Part shown: positions 6,748 through 12,052 of the stretch, piece after piece
How positions within the stretch are numbered: the stretch's first letter is position 1
How the letters are laid out: each line of letters starts with the position of its first letter
NCBI GenBank assembly: GCA_037447435.1
Contig: JBBIGR010000075.1
Span: 1-12,052 of the forward strand
Length of the DNA: 12,052 bases
Direction: 5' to 3'
Origin: Fibrobacteria bacterium
GTDB taxonomy: Bacteria > Fibrobacterota > Chitinivibrionia > Chitinivibrionales > FEN-1185
Position numbers and translations under genes: made by a program
Notes under the pieces: generated by a model
Databases searched by the model: none
Told to the model about the DNA's origin: nothing
What the model saw: only the letters and a program-made list of their open reading frames with translations

Positions 6748-7875
6748 CTATTTTGAAATAATCGTTTTTGCCGTTTGCACCCGTGAATCGGTTGATAACT
6801 TCAAGAGATAGGTTCCGGCGCTTCCTGTTGGTAATGGAATGCTGAATAAGCCGGCCTCTGTGCTTTGCCCATGTACCAGTTTTTTTATTAAAGCACCTTT
6901 CAAGTCATACAAGCCGAGATCAATAAACGGAAGCTTAGTGCCCGACGGTACGGAATAAAAAATCTCATTTATTCCGGTAGCCCTATTGTTTTTAACAAGC
7001 ATATTTCCGTTTTGAAAATATTGGAAATTATAGGAACTTTGTGCGAATGTCTGGTTGTGCGTGACATACCGTGACATTGAATCAAGTATCCACGAGGTGA
7101 TTGATGCAGCTCTGCATATGTCCCATGCCATAACCCCGCCGTAACCATTGTCGATCGCCCATCTGCACTTTGCAAGAATGTCATTCGGATCCGTAATTTC
7201 ATTGTCAGTGCCCCATCCGAAACCTACACCCACTTTCGTTTTAGCGACAGAACCTATCTGGTTAGAGATTAATCCGGACATTGATGTTACCGGATCATAA
7301 TATGTCATGGAGTTTGCCTGATCTTCCCATTGGCTAGCGGCTCGCGAACCATTCGGATACCAATCAAACACAACAGCCGCAGTGGATAATTTACCCGCAG
7401 CATGCAACGATTCCGCCATCTCTTTGTGAAAGGCTCCAAACATTGCAACTTTTGTTGCATTTCCGTCGAAGTTGCCTGACTCTTCACCCTCTTCCCAATC
7501 CATGTCTGCGCCATCGTAGCCGCCTGACCTGACCTAGGCCATAATGCTTTTTACAAGTTTGGTTATACCGGCCGGCGTTGAACACGCATTCGAAAAAGCT
7601 GTGCTGTTTCCCGCACCGCCAACACACAAAAGCGCTTTACAATTATTATTGTGGCAGCCGGATACAAACGATGAACTTCCACCGGTTGCAGTCCCCGAAC
7701 CAGAAACCGATGTTCCAAAATCTACAATGTGAGTAAAAGCTTTGTAATGAGCAGTCGTCAGCGTACCGGTAAATCTGTATCCGGTTGCCCATCCTTCATA
7801 TTTTCCTTTATATTGGGCCTGGGTTAGAGAACTCATGACCAGGATCGTAAGGATGGGCCATAAATATTTCTTCAT
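6748..7875 (-). pseudogene. Secreted glycoside hydrolase family 18 (chitinase/endo-N-acetylglucosaminidase-like) with a T9SS type A-like C-terminal domain, interrupted by an in-frame TAG at codon 114
   Basis: ORFs 7534..7875 and 6748..7503 are in the same frame and read ...SIMA*VRSGGYDGADMDWEE.... Signal peptide MKKYLWPILTILVMSSLTQA. GH18 motifs THIVDF, KALLCVGG, DGADMDWE (DxxDxDxE), NSMTYY and GYGGVMAWD. C-terminus LYDLKGALIK...AGTYLLKL...KTIISK. SD GAGGGAG. Confidence 0.88.
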
Positions 7876-7906
7876 AAATTCTCCCTCAATGAAAATAATA
7901 AAGAGC

Positions 7907-7922
7907 TATTAAGCGCTTAACA
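7907..7922. promoter_or_regulatory. Palindromic operator candidate, LacI/cre-like
   Basis: TGTTAAGCGCTTAATA on the minus strand, with a perfect 12-bp core TTAAGCGCTTAA (7909-7920) and central CG, about 32 nt upstream of the GH18 ATG. Confidence 0.5.
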
Positions 7923-8165
7923 TCTATTGTCCTAGATTTTAGATTCGGAGAATTTCTTATTTCGCAAAAACTTGCCTATACCAATATACTAAAAAAATGC
8001 CGGAAAAGAGGGATTCTTGAAAAGGAATGCGGCAGGCACATTTTTTCAAACCAAGATCTTTATGTCCTTCCTTTTACGGTCAAATAAAAAAGACCCATGT
8101 AAACATTTTAAAAAAACTTCCAAGAAATATGGACAAGGCAAAAATTGGCAGTCTCATCTGCCCAC

Positions 8166-8208
8166 AAAAATAAAAAAAGCTCCCATATCTGTATAGATAT
8201 GGGAGCTT
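8166..8208 (-). terminator. Rho-independent terminator of the rRNA operon
   Basis: Perfect 14-bp inverted repeat AAGCTCCCATATCT-GTAT-AGATATGGGAGCTT (8177-8208) running into a T-rich tail on the minus strand, immediately after 5S. Confidence 0.92.
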
Positions 8209-8215
8209 GAATTTA

Positions 8216-8333
8216 ATCTGGCGGCGACCTACTCTCCCACACAGTCTCCCATGCAGTACCATTGGCGCAGTGAAGCTTAACTTCCGTGTTCGGTATGGGA
8301 ACGGGTGTGACCTCCACGCAAAAACCACCAGAA
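8216..8333 (-). rRNA. rrf: 5S ribosomal RNA
   Basis: Minus strand reads TCTGGTGG...CACACCCGTTCCCATACCGAACACGGAAGTTAAGC...GATGGT-like ATGGTACTGCATGGGAGACTGTGTGGGAGAGTAGGTCGCCGCCAGA. The ends pair. Boundaries are good to within a few nt. Confidence 0.97.
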
Positions 8334-8340
8334 ATTTATT

Positions 8341-8407
8341 TTAGATAAATCTCTGACTATATATCCTGATATTGAAGCACATATTTCATCGAAATGTGAT
8401 TAATAAA
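8341..8407 (-). repeat. 3' arm of the 23S precursor processing stem
   Basis: Inverted complement of about 11388-11455. Exact 24-nt match between 8359-8382 and 11412-11435. Confidence 0.85.
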
Positions 8408-11387
<2,980 letters not shown>

Positions 11388-11455
11388 AATTAATTACATC
11401 TCGACGAAATAATGTGCTTCAATATCAGGATATATGTCAAAGAGCATTTATCAAA
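11388..11455 (-). repeat. 5' arm of the 23S precursor processing stem
   Basis: ATGTGCTTCAATATCAGGATATAT (11412-11435) is the reverse complement of 8359-8382. Imperfect pairing extends on both sides. Confidence 0.85.
11435..11446 (-). promoter_or_regulatory. boxA antitermination element of the rrn spacer
   Basis: TGCTCTTTGACA on the minus strand versus consensus TGCTCTTTAACA, located between tRNA-Ala and 23S. Confidence 0.85.
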
Positions 11456-11523
11456 ATCAATCGCAACACTTATATACAAATGAAAATTTGGATATAAACA
11501 TTAACGATCGACTATTAATTTCT

Positions 11524-11596
11524 TGGAGCTAACAGGAGTTGAACCTGCGACATCCTGCTTGCAAAGCAGGCGCTCTCCCAACTGAGCTATAGCCCC
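11524..11596 (-). tRNA. tRNA-Ala (TGC), CCA not encoded
   Basis: GGGGCTATAGCTCAGTTGGGAGAGCG-CCTGC-TT-TGC-AA-GCAGG...GGTTCAACTCC...TAGCTCCA. G3:U70 identity pair present. Confidence 0.97.
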
Positions 11597-11624
11597 GTGT
11601 TACAAACACTTTAACCCTGAAAAA

Positions 11625-11698
11625 TGGGTCTGGATAGAGTTGAACTATCGACCCCTGCCTTATCAGAGCAGTGCTCTAACCAACTGAGCTACAGACCC
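11625..11698 (-). tRNA. tRNA-Ile (GAT), CCA not encoded
   Basis: GGGTCTGTAGCTCAGTTGGTTAGAGCA-CTGCT-CT-GAT-AA-GGCAG...AGTTCAACTCT...CAGACCCA. Confidence 0.97.
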
Positions 11699-11861
11699 AG
11701 GGCAAAGCATTATGAAGAAACTAAAAAAGGAATGCCCTTTAAAAGCCTCGATGTGTGTGACCGGTCTCGTTGTCAATCATTAGTCGTAGATTCTCACCTT
11801 GATTCTGTTGGGGCAAAAAATCTTTTGCCCTTAGGAGATACAAGATTTGAATCATACTCCA

Positions 11862-12052
<191 letters not shown>

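Noticed and set aside
6748..7503. Treating 6748..7503 and 7534..7875 as two independent genes
   Set aside because: The Met at 7503 lies inside the DxxDxDxE motif and has no clear SD, and the two ORFs are the in-frame halves of one TIM barrel.
6748..7536. Genome-wide TAG reassignment as the explanation for the internal stop
   Set aside because: The same gene ends with TAG at 6750-6748, exactly where a T9SS-like CTD should end (KTIISK), so TAG appears to function as stop. No evident PYLIS-like hairpin follows the internal TAG.
11812..11831. Hairpin GGGCAAAA-AATC-TTTTGCCC in the 16S-tRNA spacer as a novel element
   Set aside because: Short hairpins are routine in rrn internal transcribed spacers and nothing else supports a separate function.

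Overview
Every gene-level feature lies on the minus strand. Reading right to left in transcription order: (1) the 3' part of an rRNA operon (16S 3' end, tRNA-Ile(GAT), tRNA-Ala(TGC), boxA, 23S, 5S, strong terminator); (2) a secreted GH18 chitinase-like gene with a signal peptide and a T9SS-type C-terminal domain, interrupted by one in-frame TAG seven codons before its DxxDxDxE motif and preceded by a LacI-type palindrome; (3) a chemosensory operon cheX-cheY-STAS-cheA-cheW-mcp, ending in a 21-codon stub that looks like the start of a second MCP. The CheA is atypical. It has an approximately 60-aa extension in the P3 dimerization hairpin, two CheW-like domains, and an insert in the first P5 domain carrying two copies of D[KR]R-x4-DRR, one containing GPDRR. 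These resemble arginine-rich c-di-GMP-binding motifs and suggest a possible direct second-messenger input to the kinase (hypothesis only). The combination of features suggests a Fibrobacterota (Chitinivibrionia/Chitinispirillia-like) host, which is an inference.
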